The notes beneath the pieces are model-generated. The model ran no database searches. It worked only from the letters and a program-made list of their open reading frames with translations, and had not been told where the DNA came from. A stretch of 47,920 nt of DNA from the UHGV virus genome UHGV-0243102; one strand, given 5' to 3'. Below, piece by piece: positions 36,222-44,995 of this stretch; within the stretch, counting starts at the first letter, position 1; every line of letters starts with the position of its first letter. A program made the position numbers and the translations under genes. The DNA is from a virus.

Positions 36222-37159
36222 TCGAGTACCCCGTCGATCCAGTCGGTATTGTTCAGCGCACTGGCGCCTGATGTGGTTTTTGATGGGCCTGAGCTGCGCA
36301 GGCGTTTAGTCGTGAGCGAATCCCACTGCTTGCGTAGTTTTGATGGGCTGAGAATGTTTTCTTGCCAGAAATCGTCTTCATTGGCCCACTTGAACAGTTC
36401 GCAGATTTCATAGTGAGTGCGCTTGTCCTGCAGGCGCATCAGGCGGATGGTGTTTGCCCATTCAACCCAGTTCGGCTCTGAGAGTGAGGCATTCACGGTC
36501 AGGGCTTTATCGAAAATCCATCGCGCGGCTTTGAGGTCGTCAGCTGTTCCCCAGGATTTACCAGATGGGGTGTAAATCCCGTCAGCAGCTTCAGGATGGC
36601 GAGAGAGAAACTCCTGAGTTTTCTTGTTTCGGGATTCTTCAGAATTCCGAGACGAAGATCTTTTAATATTGTTTTTGTTATAGTCTTGGGTGTCTACCGT
36701 TTCCGGGAAGGTTTTTTCCGATTCCGGGAAGGAAATTCCCGTTTTCGGGAAGAGTTTTCCCGTTTTCGGTTTGTCCAAAATCCAGGCGGATAGCTCAGTA
36801 TTTATACCGACGGTTTTCATCACGCCATGCTTGTGACTAAAAATAATCCCCCGCGCCGCGAGTAGTTTTATCGCATCTGAAACATGAGAATCACTCAAAC
36901 CGGTTAACTCAGAAATGACGGTATTTGTTACCCGATCCTGCTTTTTGTTCCATCCGTAGGTAAGCCAGATAACTGCCTCAAGACACTGCCACTCGCGCCC
37001 GGACATGCGCAGCCGCGGTTTGAGTTTCTGAATCTCATTGGCGATCCTGGTATAGCCATTGGACAGGTCGGCCATGCGACCTCCCGTTAGTTCGGTTTTG
37101 ATTGGAAAATTGATAACTTCAGCGGTATTTGACATACTTAATCCCGTGAATTGGTCCAA
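36218..37159 (-). CDS. O: Replication initiator O, lambda O-like. The probable true start is M9, at 37135.
   Basis: The N-terminus NTAEVINFP...LEAVIWLTYGWNK resembles lambda O (NTAKILNF...TYGWNK). It carries iteron repeats internally. A 4-nt overlap with P. Confidence 0.75.
   Translation of the reverse strand: MDQFTGLSMSNTAEVINFPIKTELTGGRMADLSNGYTRIANEIQKLKPRLRMSGREWQCLEAVIWLTYGWNKKQDRVTNTVISELTGLSDSHVSDAIKLLAARGIIFSHKHGVMKTVGINTELSAWILDKPKTGKLFPKTGISFPESEKTFPETVDTQDYNKNNIKRSSSRNSEESRNKKTQEFLSRHPEAADGIYTPSGKSWGTADDLKAARWIFDKALTVNASLSEPNWVEWANTIRLMRLQDKRTHYEICELFKWANEDDFWQENILSPSKLRKQWDSLTTKRLRSSGPSKTTSGASALNNTDWIDGVLE
36690..36778. repeat. Origin of replication: four iteron-like direct repeats (CCGTTTTCGGGAAG / TTCCGGGAAGG) with an adjacent AT-rich tract inside the O gene.
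   Basis: cgTTTCCGGGAAGG, gaTTCCGGGAAGG, cCCGTTTTCGGGAAG and cCCGTTTTCGG, with the AT-rich stretch at 36660-36690. This is the classical lambda-type ori-within-O arrangement. Confidence 0.65.
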
Positions 37160-37209
37160 TTAATTCACCCGAAGACCGGCTGTGTTCGAGCACAACGGTC
37201 TTCACCCTT

Positions 37210-37443
37210 TCAGAACAAAGCAGCCTGATTGCTGCCCTTTCGCACGGAGCGCTTTGCTTCCCGGCGTTCGGCTGCGCTTGTCTGCTTCTCTGCCCATAAC
37301 TTTGCGTGTCGCATAACATCGTCAAACATTCCCCCTTTTCGGCTTGCCTGTGACATCCGCTTGTACATATCGACCGCCTGGTATGCCCCCCCCCTGAGCC
37401 ACTGCCTGCGTGAAGCCCTGGCGAAGCAGTTCCTCGCGGACAT
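37210..37443 (-). CDS. Small basic hypothetical protein (77 aa) between cII-like and O.
   Basis: ORF only. An alternative overlapping ORF (37119..37502) exists. Confidence 0.2.
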   Translation of the reverse strand: MSARNCFARASRRQWLRGGAYQAVDMYKRMSQASRKGGMFDDVMRHAKLWAEKQTSAAERREAKRSVRKGSNQAALF

Positions 37444-37471
37444 TCTTCTCGATGAACTCGATGTGATTCAT

Positions 37472-37816
37472 TCAGTCCCATCCCAGCGGACCCGGGCGGC
37501 ACCGCTCAGCACGCAGGCCTATATCAGCGAGCGTTTCAACAGACTGCAGGTAATGCCTGGACACAACGACTGCTTCCGGCGGTACAACCTGCAATCCGAG
37601 TATTGAGAGTTCTTTCGCCACATCAGCAAAATGGCCCTCCCCTTTACGCCTGCTTGCCGTTGACTCACTGATCCCCAAAAGTTCGGCGTAAACCTTTTGG
37701 CCGACCGATGAAAGCCGGTTGAGTAAGACGCTTTCAATCTCAACCGGGTTGAGAATTGGTGGATCTAACTTTCGTGCTATTGCGTTTTGCATTGGTGATA
37801 ATCCTTTTGAAGTCAT
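37472..37816 (-). CDS. cII: CII-like transcriptional activator.
   Basis: Its position immediately after cro with an ATGA overlap. NPVEIESVLLNRLSSVGQKVYAELLGISESTASRRK parallels lambda CII (ALRIESALLNKIAMLGTEKTAEAVGVDKSQISRWKR). Confidence 0.6.
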   Translation of the reverse strand: MTSKGLSPMQNAIARKLDPPILNPVEIESVLLNRLSSVGQKVYAELLGISESTASRRKGEGHFADVAKELSILGLQVVPPEAVVVSRHYLQSVETLADIGLRAERCRPGPLGWD

Positions 37817-38064
37817 TGATTTATTGATGCTTCATCAGTTGCTCTTGGAGGTGTGAATTCGGGCCAAATGTTCATCCAGCGATCTGGAAGACAATCAGCT
37901 CTCGTAACAACGCCTTTTGTGTGATTTTCAATCTCTATGGCCCGTTCTGGTGATATGGCGGATTTTCCAGAAGCCATCTGAGATAGATATGATTTTGATA
38001 TTCCGAGTTTTTCAGCTAGGAACTTCGCGTTACCGCGCTCTAAAAAATATTGACTAAGTTGCAT
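37813..38064 (-). CDS. cro: Cro-like HTH regulator (83 aa).
   Basis: FLAEKLGISKSYLSQMASGK is an HTH. It is divergent from the repressor gene. Confidence 0.65.
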   Translation of the reverse strand: MQLSQYFLERGNAKFLAEKLGISKSYLSQMASGKSAISPERAIEIENHTKGVVTRADCLPDRWMNIWPEFTPPRATDEASINQ

Positions 38065-38096
38065 TTGTGCTTCCTGTCCGAGGTGTATCGCTATGA

Positions 38097-38114
38097 GTTT
38101 ATATCTTTATAAAC
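38097..38114. promoter_or_regulatory. Operator (OR): 18-bp palindrome GTTTATATCTTTATAAAC between cro and the repressor gene.
   Basis: GTTTAT-N6-ATAAAC, repeated as GTTTATATTTTCATAAAC at 38673. Confidence 0.6.
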
Positions 38115-38164
38115 AAAAAAGTAAAGAATTTGATTGTTTAGATTTTACTAATCACAATGGCGGC

Positions 38165-38536
38165 ATGAGCATAAAAGAAATAAGAAGCAAGCGACTGGCT
38201 GACTGGTTTGCTGAGCGCACTCTTCCTGAGAGAGAGAAAAGCTATTTATCACAACTGATAAATGGTAAGACTTCTTTTGGCGAAAGAGCAGCACGGCGGA
38301 TAGAAAGGGATTACAATATGCCCCCAGGTTATCTGGATGCTATGGATGGCGGTAACGAGCATGACGGCTCTATGCCTTCAGTGCTTTCGTCAATGCTTAC
38401 AGCTGATGAAGTTAATCTTATTAAGTTTTATCGTGGTTTTCCGGATTCTGAGAAAAAAACAGTACTAATTGAATTCGAAACAAAGTTCAAAAAATACAAT
38501 CAGTTATTCGCTGAACTACTCGCCTCCCGTAAATAA
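38165..38536 (+). CDS. CI-like prophage repressor without an S24 autopeptidase domain (~123 aa from MSIKEI).
   Basis: It is divergent from cro. The ORF-track start at 38093 would place the operator palindrome inside the coding sequence, so an internal start is likely. There is no Ser/Lys dyad or Ala-Gly cleavage region. Confidence 0.5.
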   Translation: MSIKEIRSKRLADWFAERTLPEREKSYLSQLINGKTSFGERAARRIERDYNMPPGYLDAMDGGNEHDGSMPSVLSSMLTADEVNLIKFYRGFPDSEKKTVLIEFETKFKKYNQLFAELLASRK

Positions 38537-38553
38537 CATACCTCTTCTTTGTT

Positions 38554-38580
38554 AAGCCGCCTTCTTGGCGGCTTTTTAGT
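38554..38580 (+). terminator. Rho-independent terminator after the repressor gene.
   Basis: AAGCCGCC-ttctt-GGCGGCTT followed by TTTTAGTTT. Confidence 0.7.
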
Positions 38581-38672
38581 TTCACGCTTAACCCATCGAA
38601 AATTTAAAACCAATACAATCAATTGTTTACAGAAAAATTAACTTTTTTGTTCATAAAAGAGTTTACATAAAG

Positions 38673-38690
38673 GTTTATATTTTCATAAAC
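38673..38690. promoter_or_regulatory. Operator (OL) GTTTATATTTTCATAAAC in the AT-rich leftward-operon promoter region. An adjacent half-site-like GTTTACATAAAG lies at 38661.
   Basis: The same 18-bp palindrome as OR. It is embedded in a promoter-like AT-rich tract upstream of the first + operon gene. Confidence 0.55.
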
Positions 38691-38761
38691 TCACTCCATC
38701 AACAACGCGCTGCGTTGCTCCGATAAACGTTCCGCTGGCCGGCGACAAGGCAGAGGTTGAA

Positions 38762-38863
38762 ATGAGTAAGCAAGGCATCAGAGCCCTGATCATTTCGGCA
38801 GTTATAGGGTTCACCTTCTGGGTTTTATTCATCATATGCATTGCGGGGGTTATCTATGGCTAA
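38762..38863 (+). CDS. 33-aa single-TM hydrophobic peptide (MSKQGIRALIISAVIGFTFWVLFIICIAGVIYG), first ORF of the early-left operon.
   Basis: GAGG 6 nt upstream of the ATG. Its stop TAA overlaps the next gene's ATG (ATGGCTAA). Not in the ORF track because it is under 60 aa. Confidence 0.4.
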   Translation: MSKQGIRALIISAVIGFTFWVLFIICIAGVIYG

Positions 38864-39050
38864 TCCAGTTCCAAACAGCGGTCGCGCAATACCAATGCGT
38901 AATCCGCGCACCGGCGCGCCCTGGTCTGTTTCATACGACCATGTTCGCAAAACCTATTTCCATGAACCGCAGGGAAATCTGCGCTTTATCCGTCAACCCT
39001 TTTACTCAAGGGAACTTGCGCCCTATCTCGTTCCGGCAGGTACCCACTGA
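38856..39050 (+). CDS. Small hypothetical early protein (65 aa).
   Basis: Translationally coupled on both sides. Confidence 0.35.
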   Translation: MANPVPNSGRAIPMRNPRTGAPWSVSYDHVRKTYFHEPQGNLRFIRQPFYSRELAPYLVPAGTH

Positions 39051-39241
39051 TGAGCACAATGTTCGCACTGGTGATAACCGTCGGCATGCTAATTGGCGGT
39101 AATCAGGATGTTTTGCTGGGTGTTTATGGCAGCGAGAAAGCATGTCAGGAAGCTGCTGTTGAACAAGGTGTAAAGGGCGAATGCCTGCCGTTGAAAGGCG
39201 TTCTGGCTGAACACCCCGCCGGGTTCACCGCACAGATGTAG
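39050..39241 (+). CDS. Small membrane/secreted early protein (63 aa).
   Basis: N-terminal hydrophobic segment MSTMFALVITVGMLIGG. ATGA coupling. Confidence 0.35.
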   Translation: MSTMFALVITVGMLIGGNQDVLLGVYGSEKACQEAAVEQGVKGECLPLKGVLAEHPAGFTAQM

Positions 39242-39249
39242 GAGGCGTT

Positions 39250-39408
39250 ATGCAGAAACGATGTGCGTATTGCCGCAAGGCACTGGAGGAAGGAAAAGTT
39301 GTGAAGATGACCATTCTCATCATTCACGGCACGCAGTTAGTACCACGTGAAAGAACGTATTGCTCGAAACGTTGTGGCGAATACGACGCCATGGCGAACG
39401 AGGCCTAA
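39250..39408 (+). CDS. 52-aa zinc-ribbon peptide (CAYC...CSKRC).
   Basis: Two CxxC pairs. Not in the ORF track. Confidence 0.3.
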   Translation: MQKRCAYCRKALEEGKVVKMTILIIHGTQLVPRERTYCSKRCGEYDAMANEA

Positions 39409-39544
39409 CGTAAAACCCGCCGAAGCGGGCTGTACGTCCGGTGCCACCGACCAAAGTTACACCGGAAATTACCAAAACCAATGAACACCCGATGGGCGCT
39501 ATCAATGGCCTGGGGATTCTAACACCCAAAATTGAGGCTATCAC

Positions 39545-42484
39545 ATGGAATATTTTTATCTGATAAAGGCAACTCAAAAATCGGGTAAAGCCGATGCCAT
39601 TATCTGGCGTTCCGCAAAATCTGAAGCTCGCGCGCAGCTGCAGTTAGACGTTGATCTGGAAGATGCAGAAATCGAAACCGGGCGCGGCAAAGACTACCTG
39701 AAACCAATCCGGACCGATTTCCCGGTATTTAATGACCTTCCCGCTGAAGGTGTTCTCGATTACTCCTGGTGCGAACGCTACCAGCTCGCCGACGATGGTC
39801 GCACCTGGGCACTGAAGCCAGGACAAGAGCCTGCAGACGTTCATCACACCGATGATGCTGAAGTATCCTCTGGGCCTGTCACTGGCGAGTTGGTTGATGA
39901 CAATAGTGGTGACGATGCTAGTGATGCTGGTGATGTCGATACCGTGGAGTCGTTCGGCAATGCTGAATACGAAAACGATAAAAACGCCCTGTTCAATATT
40001 GCTGAGCAGCCGTTCCGCATTAAGCTGCTGGCGCAGTACATGGCGAATGATAACCACGTCTATCAAATCAGTATTCCTCACCGTAAAGAGCTCGCAGTTC
40101 TGGAAATGGATACCGAGAACTCCGCAGTGCAGGATCTGATTCTCTCAACAGAGAACGAACCTGAAATTAAAAAATTCGACATGCCTTCTCTCTGGAAGTA
40201 CACAAGCGCCTGTAAAAAAGTATTCCCGGAAGGCAAACGGCATGAGCTCGGCAAACGCATTGAGTTTGCGAAGTTGTGGGTGAAGACAGCTTATGTTGAT
40301 CGCGGCATTCTCGTAAAAGAATGGGCTTCCGGTAATCGCATTACCTCAGTACAACGCACTGATGCCGGAACCAATGCCGGAGGCGGTAACAAAACAGACC
40401 GTAATCCGGATTATGTCCACGCACTGGATACCCTGGATCAAGAAATCGCGCTGGCCACGTTGCCAATGGATTTCGATATCTACGATTTCCCGGCATCTAT
40501 TCACCGTCGTGCGAAAGAAATCATCGCGGCCAAAGAAAGCCCCTGGAAAGAATGGTCGGTGGCACTTCGTAGTGTCCCTGGAATCCTTGATTATTCCCGC
40601 GCGGCAATATTTGCCATGATCCGCAGTGCTGGTGATAACGTACATCATTTCCCGGACAGCCTGCGCCGGTACATCAACTCCTGCCTCACTGAAAGCGTAC
40701 ACGATAAACCGTCAGCGGAAACAATAGCTGCTGCGCGTCATTCATCGAAAAATGATTCAGATGAAGAAGTTGGGCGCCAGCTTGCCGCCGACCGTGGTGA
40801 ATACGTCGAAGGCATCAGCGACCCCAACGATCCAAAATGGGTACACGAAGACCTGACCAAAAAGAGGCAGCCTGAAATTGCCAGGGTTACTGCTGGCGTG
40901 TTCTCCATTGAAGGCCTTATGGCCTCTCCTGCCCCAAAAAGCGACAACGAAGAGGCCACCAGTGATGTGCAGATGGAAGAGACTCAGCAGGTCAAAAACG
41001 AAGCTGATAATCCGGTACCGCCAGGCGAAAGCGCTGATGCGGATGCTGAAAAAACAGATGTCGTAAACGCACGCAAAATTTTAACTGAGCGCTGTCCTGA
41101 CCTGGCCGCTGCGGTTCTGCAGGACCAGGAATCAACAATCACGCCTGAAGGTTCCGCCGAAGAACCAGATCAGGAGCTTACAGCGACAGTATGGCCAGAA
41201 TACTTCGAGCCTGGCCGCTATGAAGGTGTACCGAACGAGGTTTACCACGCGGCGAACGGCATCAGTTCGACTCAGGTTAAAGATGCCCGTATATCTCTGA
41301 TGTATTTCGAAAAGCGTCACGTCTCGAAAGTCATTGAAAAAACGCGCTCCCCTGTTCTGGATATGGGCAATCTGGTCCATGCGTTGGCGCTGCAGCCCGA
41401 GCAATTGGAAAAAGAATTCAGCATCGAGCCGGAAATCCCGGAAGGCGCCTTCACCACGGCTTCGACGATCCGCGCGTTTATCGACGAGTACAACGCCGGG
41501 CTTCCGCCGCTGTTGAGTGCTGATGACATCAAGGCGCAACTGGAGGCGCACAACGCCACACTACCGCAGCCGGTTCCTATGGGTGATGACGTTACCCAAA
41601 CAGGTGAAAACTACATGGCCTTACCCGCTGAATTTCAGCGCATCGAAGAAGGCCAGAAAGTTACCGCAGTCAAAATGAAGGCATGCATCAAAGAATATAA
41701 CGCCACTCTGCCCGCCCTGGTGAAAACCAGCGGCAGCCGTGATGCCCTGTTAGAGCAACTGGCGATTATCAATCCTGACATGGTCGCTCAGGAGGCCCAG
41801 AAGGCGCAGCCGCTGAAAGTATCAGGCACTAAAACGGATCTGATTCAGGCCGTGAAATCGGTTAAACCGGATGCCGTGTTTGCCGACGAACTGCTGGATG
41901 CATGGCGCGAAAACCCGGAAGGAAAAATACTGGTTACCCGCCAGCAGATGAGCACTGCGCTGGACATTCAGAAAGCACTATTGAATCACCCTACCGCAGG
42001 CAAGCTGCTCCAGCATCCGAGTCGCGCCGTCGAGGTGAGCTATTTCGGTATTGATGAGGAAACCGGGCTGGAAGTTCGCGTGCGCCCTGACCTTGAGATA
42101 GACATGAGCGGCCTGCGCATTGGTGCGGACCTGAAGACCATCAGCATGTGGAACATCAAGCAGGAAGGTCTGCGCGCGAAATTGCACAGGGAAATCACCG
42201 AACGCGATTACCACCTGAGCGCGGCTATGTACTGCGAAACAGCAGCGCTGGATCAGTTCTTCTGGATTTTCGTAAACAAAGACGAGAGCTACCACTGGAT
42301 CGCCATCATCGAGGCATCCGAAGAACTGCTGGAACTCGGCATGCTGGAATACCGCAAAGCAATGCGCGCCATAGCTAACGGTTTCGACACAGGCGAATGG
42401 CCGGCGCCGATAACCGAAGACTACGCCGAAGAACTTAACGATTTTGATGTGCGCCGTCTCGAAGCGCTGCGCGTACAGGCATAA
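39545..42484 (+). CDS. recE: RecE-like exonuclease VIII: a C-terminal PD-(D/E)XK nuclease domain with a long acidic N-terminal extension (979 aa).
   Basis: The C-terminal motifs RPDLEID...GADLKT (PD...D/E-x-K). It is followed by an annealing-protein gene. Its position in the leftward operon is equivalent to lambda exo/bet. Confidence 0.55.
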   Translation: MEYFYLIKATQKSGKADAIIWRSAKSEARAQLQLDVDLEDAEIETGRGKDYLKPIRTDFPVFNDLPAEGVLDYSWCERYQLADDGRTWALKPGQEPADVHHTDDAEVSSGPVTGELVDDNSGDDASDAGDVDTVESFGNAEYENDKNALFNIAEQPFRIKLLAQYMANDNHVYQISIPHRKELAVLEMDTENSAVQDLILSTENEPEIKKFDMPSLWKYTSACKKVFPEGKRHELGKRIEFAKLWVKTAYVDRGILVKEWASGNRITSVQRTDAGTNAGGGNKTDRNPDYVHALDTLDQEIALATLPMDFDIYDFPASIHRRAKEIIAAKESPWKEWSVALRSVPGILDYSRAAIFAMIRSAGDNVHHFPDSLRRYINSCLTESVHDKPSAETIAAARHSSKNDSDEEVGRQLAADRGEYVEGISDPNDPKWVHEDLTKKRQPEIARVTAGVFSIEGLMASPAPKSDNEEATSDVQMEETQQVKNEADNPVPPGESADADAEKTDVVNARKILTERCPDLAAAVLQDQESTITPEGSAEEPDQELTATVWPEYFEPGRYEGVPNEVYHAANGISSTQVKDARISLMYFEKRHVSKVIEKTRSPVLDMGNLVHALALQPEQLEKEFSIEPEIPEGAFTTASTIRAFIDEYNAGLPPLLSADDIKAQLEAHNATLPQPVPMGDDVTQTGENYMALPAEFQRIEEGQKVTAVKMKACIKEYNATLPALVKTSGSRDALLEQLAIINPDMVAQEAQKAQPLKVSGTKTDLIQAVKSVKPDAVFADELLDAWRENPEGKILVTRQQMSTALDIQKALLNHPTAGKLLQHPSRAVEVSYFGIDEETGLEVRVRPDLEIDMSGLRIGADLKTISMWNIKQEGLRAKLHREITERDYHLSAAMYCETAALDQFFWIFVNKDESYHWIAIIEASEELLELGMLEYRKAMRAIANGFDTGEWPAPITEDYAEELNDFDVRRLEALRVQA

Positions 42485-42497
42485 GGGGGATATGACG

Positions 42498-43607
42498 ATG
42501 GAAAACACCAATATTGTTACCACTGAGCAACAAGCTCCAAATACCATTTCTGCAAGTAACGCCATCTTCAACGTGCAGGCGCTCGGCCAGCTAACGGCGT
42601 TTGCAAACCTGATGGCAGATTCACAGGTGACGGTGCCAGCACATCTTGCGGGTAAACCAGCCGATTGCATGGCAATCGTTATGCAGGCGATGCAATGGGG
42701 CATGAATCCCTACGCAGTAGCGCAAAAAACACATCTGGTAAACGGTGTTCTCGGATATGAGGCCCAGCTTATAAACGCGGTAATCGCCAGTTCCAGCGCT
42801 ATTAAAGGTCGATTCCATTACCGTTACGGTGGCGACTGGGAGCGCTGCACCAGGACTCAAGAGGTCACCCGGGAAAAGCACGGCAAAAACGGGAAATACA
42901 ATGTCACGGAGCGTGTACGAGGATGGACAGATGAGGACGAAATTGGGTTATTCGTCCAGGTCGGAGCGATTCTTCGCGGTGAATCAGAAATCACCTGGGG
43001 GGAGCCGCTTTATCTCTCGGGTGTTGTAACTCGTAATTCCCCTTTGTGGGTTTCTAACCCGAAGCAGCAGATCGCTTATCTGGGCGTGAAATACTGGGCT
43101 CGCCTGTACTGCCCGGAAGTGATTCTGGGTGTTTATAGCCCGGATGAAGTTGAGCAACGAACAGAGCGAGAAATCAATCCGGCGCCGGTGCAAAGAATGT
43201 CTGTAGCTGAGATTACCAGCAACTCTGACACCACCTCCAGCGAACAGGGCACAGGTATCAGCATTGATTCACTTGCTGATGATTTCCGTGACCGCATTGA
43301 GCGCGCCGAATCGGTCGATGCAGCAAAAGCCATCAGAGCTGATCTGGATAAAGAGAAAGCTGTGCTGGGTACTGTTCTCTTCACCGAACTGAAAGGTAAA
43401 GCAGTGCAGCGCTACTTCATGGTTGATGCCAAAAACAAAGTTGAGGCTGCCATAAATTCACTTCCTAACCCGGGAGATCCGGAAGCCGAAGCATTATTCG
43501 CGAAGGCAGAAAGCACCCTGACCTCATCGCGCCGACACCTCGGTGATGAACTGTATGACCAGTTCCGCATCACCCTTGACGACATGAAACCGGAATACGT
43601 GGGCTAA
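42498..43607 (+). CDS. recT: RecT-like single-strand annealing protein (~370 aa).
   Basis: It immediately follows the exonuclease gene. The best start is ATG 42498, 7 nt after GGGGGA. Its size and context are typical of RecT partners of RecE. Confidence 0.45.
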   Translation: MENTNIVTTEQQAPNTISASNAIFNVQALGQLTAFANLMADSQVTVPAHLAGKPADCMAIVMQAMQWGMNPYAVAQKTHLVNGVLGYEAQLINAVIASSSAIKGRFHYRYGGDWERCTRTQEVTREKHGKNGKYNVTERVRGWTDEDEIGLFVQVGAILRGESEITWGEPLYLSGVVTRNSPLWVSNPKQQIAYLGVKYWARLYCPEVILGVYSPDEVEQRTEREINPAPVQRMSVAEITSNSDTTSSEQGTGISIDSLADDFRDRIERAESVDAAKAIRADLDKEKAVLGTVLFTELKGKAVQRYFMVDAKNKVEAAINSLPNPGDPEAEALFAKAESTLTSSRRHLGDELYDQFRITLDDMKPEYVG

Positions 43608-43641
43608 GGGAGGCGGGAGGGTTCGCCCTCCCGGTAATCAA

Positions 43642-44124
43642 ATGAGCAAAATCACTGACGGTAAAAAATACTGCTACCGCTACGACGATGGTCATGATGG
43701 CGAAGGTCGCCCGGTCGTAACACTTTGGAAGCGGGTCATTATTCGTGAGACGGAGAAAACCTTCTGGCATGTCGAAGATATGCCGCAAATGACGTTTGAG
43801 CAGCTTGTGCAGTATCGCAACACCGGCCGGAAAGAGAATCAAAAATATCACGTAAAGCGCTGCTTAAAAGGTGCTGACCGTTCTCGTTACCACTACACGC
43901 GAGAAGAGGCTTTGCGAGCGTTTGTGTACCGGAAAATGTATCAGCTTGAAAAAATCCAGCTTACAGCAGAAACGGTGAAAATGTGCCTGACGGGGCTTCA
44001 TGATGCAGGGATGATTACAGGTGGATATCGATGCACGGTTAAGAAATTGCCTGCAGATACAGGGTTTGTGGCTGCCGCGGCTCCAGGCCCGATAGCGTCA
44101 ACTTATAGCTGGGGGGAATACTGA
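43642..44124 (+). CDS. Hypothetical protein (160 aa).
   Basis: ORF only. Confidence 0.3.
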   Translation: MSKITDGKKYCYRYDDGHDGEGRPVVTLWKRVIIRETEKTFWHVEDMPQMTFEQLVQYRNTGRKENQKYHVKRCLKGADRSRYHYTREEALRAFVYRKMYQLEKIQLTAETVKMCLTGLHDAGMITGGYRCTVKKLPADTGFVAAAAPGPIASTYSWGEY

Positions 44125-44432
44125 TGAGCCTTAAACACCGTTTATCCGAACTGGAAGCCAGCATTGACCCGGCAGCATTGCGCGCGGCCGCCGATGAGTA
44201 TTCTGATCTGCTGTTGACATTATGCCTGTGCATGAAAATGTCCGGCCCCACCCGGGCGAACGTGCGCGCATGCGCCACCGAGCTTAAAAAACGACTGACA
44301 ACCTGGCATAGCCAGAAGGAGCTCAACGCGATTCTGTCCAGTTGGGATCCCGTTGGTTATGTTCTCGGCCTCCGCCGTGAAGCTAACGACAACGCGCGTG
44401 CAGCTGGCGATCCGGTTGATGTATTTGTGTGA
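44124..44432 (+). CDS. Hypothetical protein (102 aa).
   Basis: ORF with ATGA coupling to the upstream gene. Confidence 0.3.
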   Translation: MSLKHRLSELEASIDPAALRAAADEYSDLLLTLCLCMKMSGPTRANVRACATELKKRLTTWHSQKELNAILSSWDPVGYVLGLRREANDNARAAGDPVDVFV

Positions 44433-44439
44433 GGTGAAT

Positions 44440-44679
44440 ATGCGACTGATAAACCGAAGCAAACAATCTCCGCTGGGGCGTCAGGCATGCGATGCGGCAC
44501 TGGCGAAGCATTTTGAGCGTTATGGGAATTATGGACACTGCGAAAGAAAAGTGACTTACACCGTAGAAGTTGAAGGAGTGAAAGTCTGGGTTGAGGTAGT
44601 CAATCGCCATAAAAGCTACGTCGCCACAGCGATGACAGGAATGCGCAGACTGAGAAGTCTCCCGGGCCAGACTGACTGA
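44440..44679 (+). CDS. Hypothetical protein (79 aa; start MRLINRS with a GAGGTG Shine-Dalgarno).
   Basis: An internal start of the ORF-track 44353..44679 ORF with a good ribosome-binding site. Confidence 0.3.
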   Translation: MRLINRSKQSPLGRQACDAALAKHFERYGNYGHCERKVTYTVEVEGVKVWVEVVNRHKSYVATAMTGMRRLRSLPGQTD

Positions 44680-44704
44680 TTAGAGATGGCCCTGTAAAGG
44701 GCCA

Positions 44705-44995
44705 GTGGAGGAAATGATGGGCAACGAACTCGAATTAATGAAAACTCGCGATATTTGCGAACAACTGAGCATCACACCGCGGACACTCGATCGCTACCGG
44801 AAGCGAAAGAAAAATGATAATCCATTCCCTGCACCGGACTGCTCCTATATGGGCGGTCCAAATAAGTGGCTAAAGAGCAAGGTCACCGAGTGGCAGGAGA
44901 AAGAGATGCGACGCAGAACGCGCCGCCCTATGTCACACCTCAACGATCTGGTAAGGGATGTAAAGGGGCGCCTTACCCGGCATGCCTCGGCGTGA
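44705..44995 (+). CDS. xis: Excisionase / AlpA-family HTH protein.
   Basis: LMKTRDICEQLSITPRTLDRYRK...NPFPAPDCSYMGGPNKW is AlpA/Xis-like. It overlaps the integrase 3' end convergently. Confidence 0.6.
   Translation: MEEMMGNELELMKTRDICEQLSITPRTLDRYRKRKKNDNPFPAPDCSYMGGPNKWLKSKVTEWQEKEMRRRTRRPMSHLNDLVRDVKGRLTRHASA

Noticed and set aside
37119-37502. 127-aa minus-strand ORF between cII-like and O as the real gene in that gap.
   Set aside because: It is Gly/Ser/Arg-rich and overlaps the alternative 77-aa ORF. Neither has convincing signals, so only the shorter one is listed, at low confidence.
39409-39544. The GC hairpin AAACCCGCCGAAGCGGGCTG after the zinc-ribbon ORF as a terminator.
   Set aside because: It is not followed by a T-run on either strand. 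At most it is a weak structural element upstream of recE.
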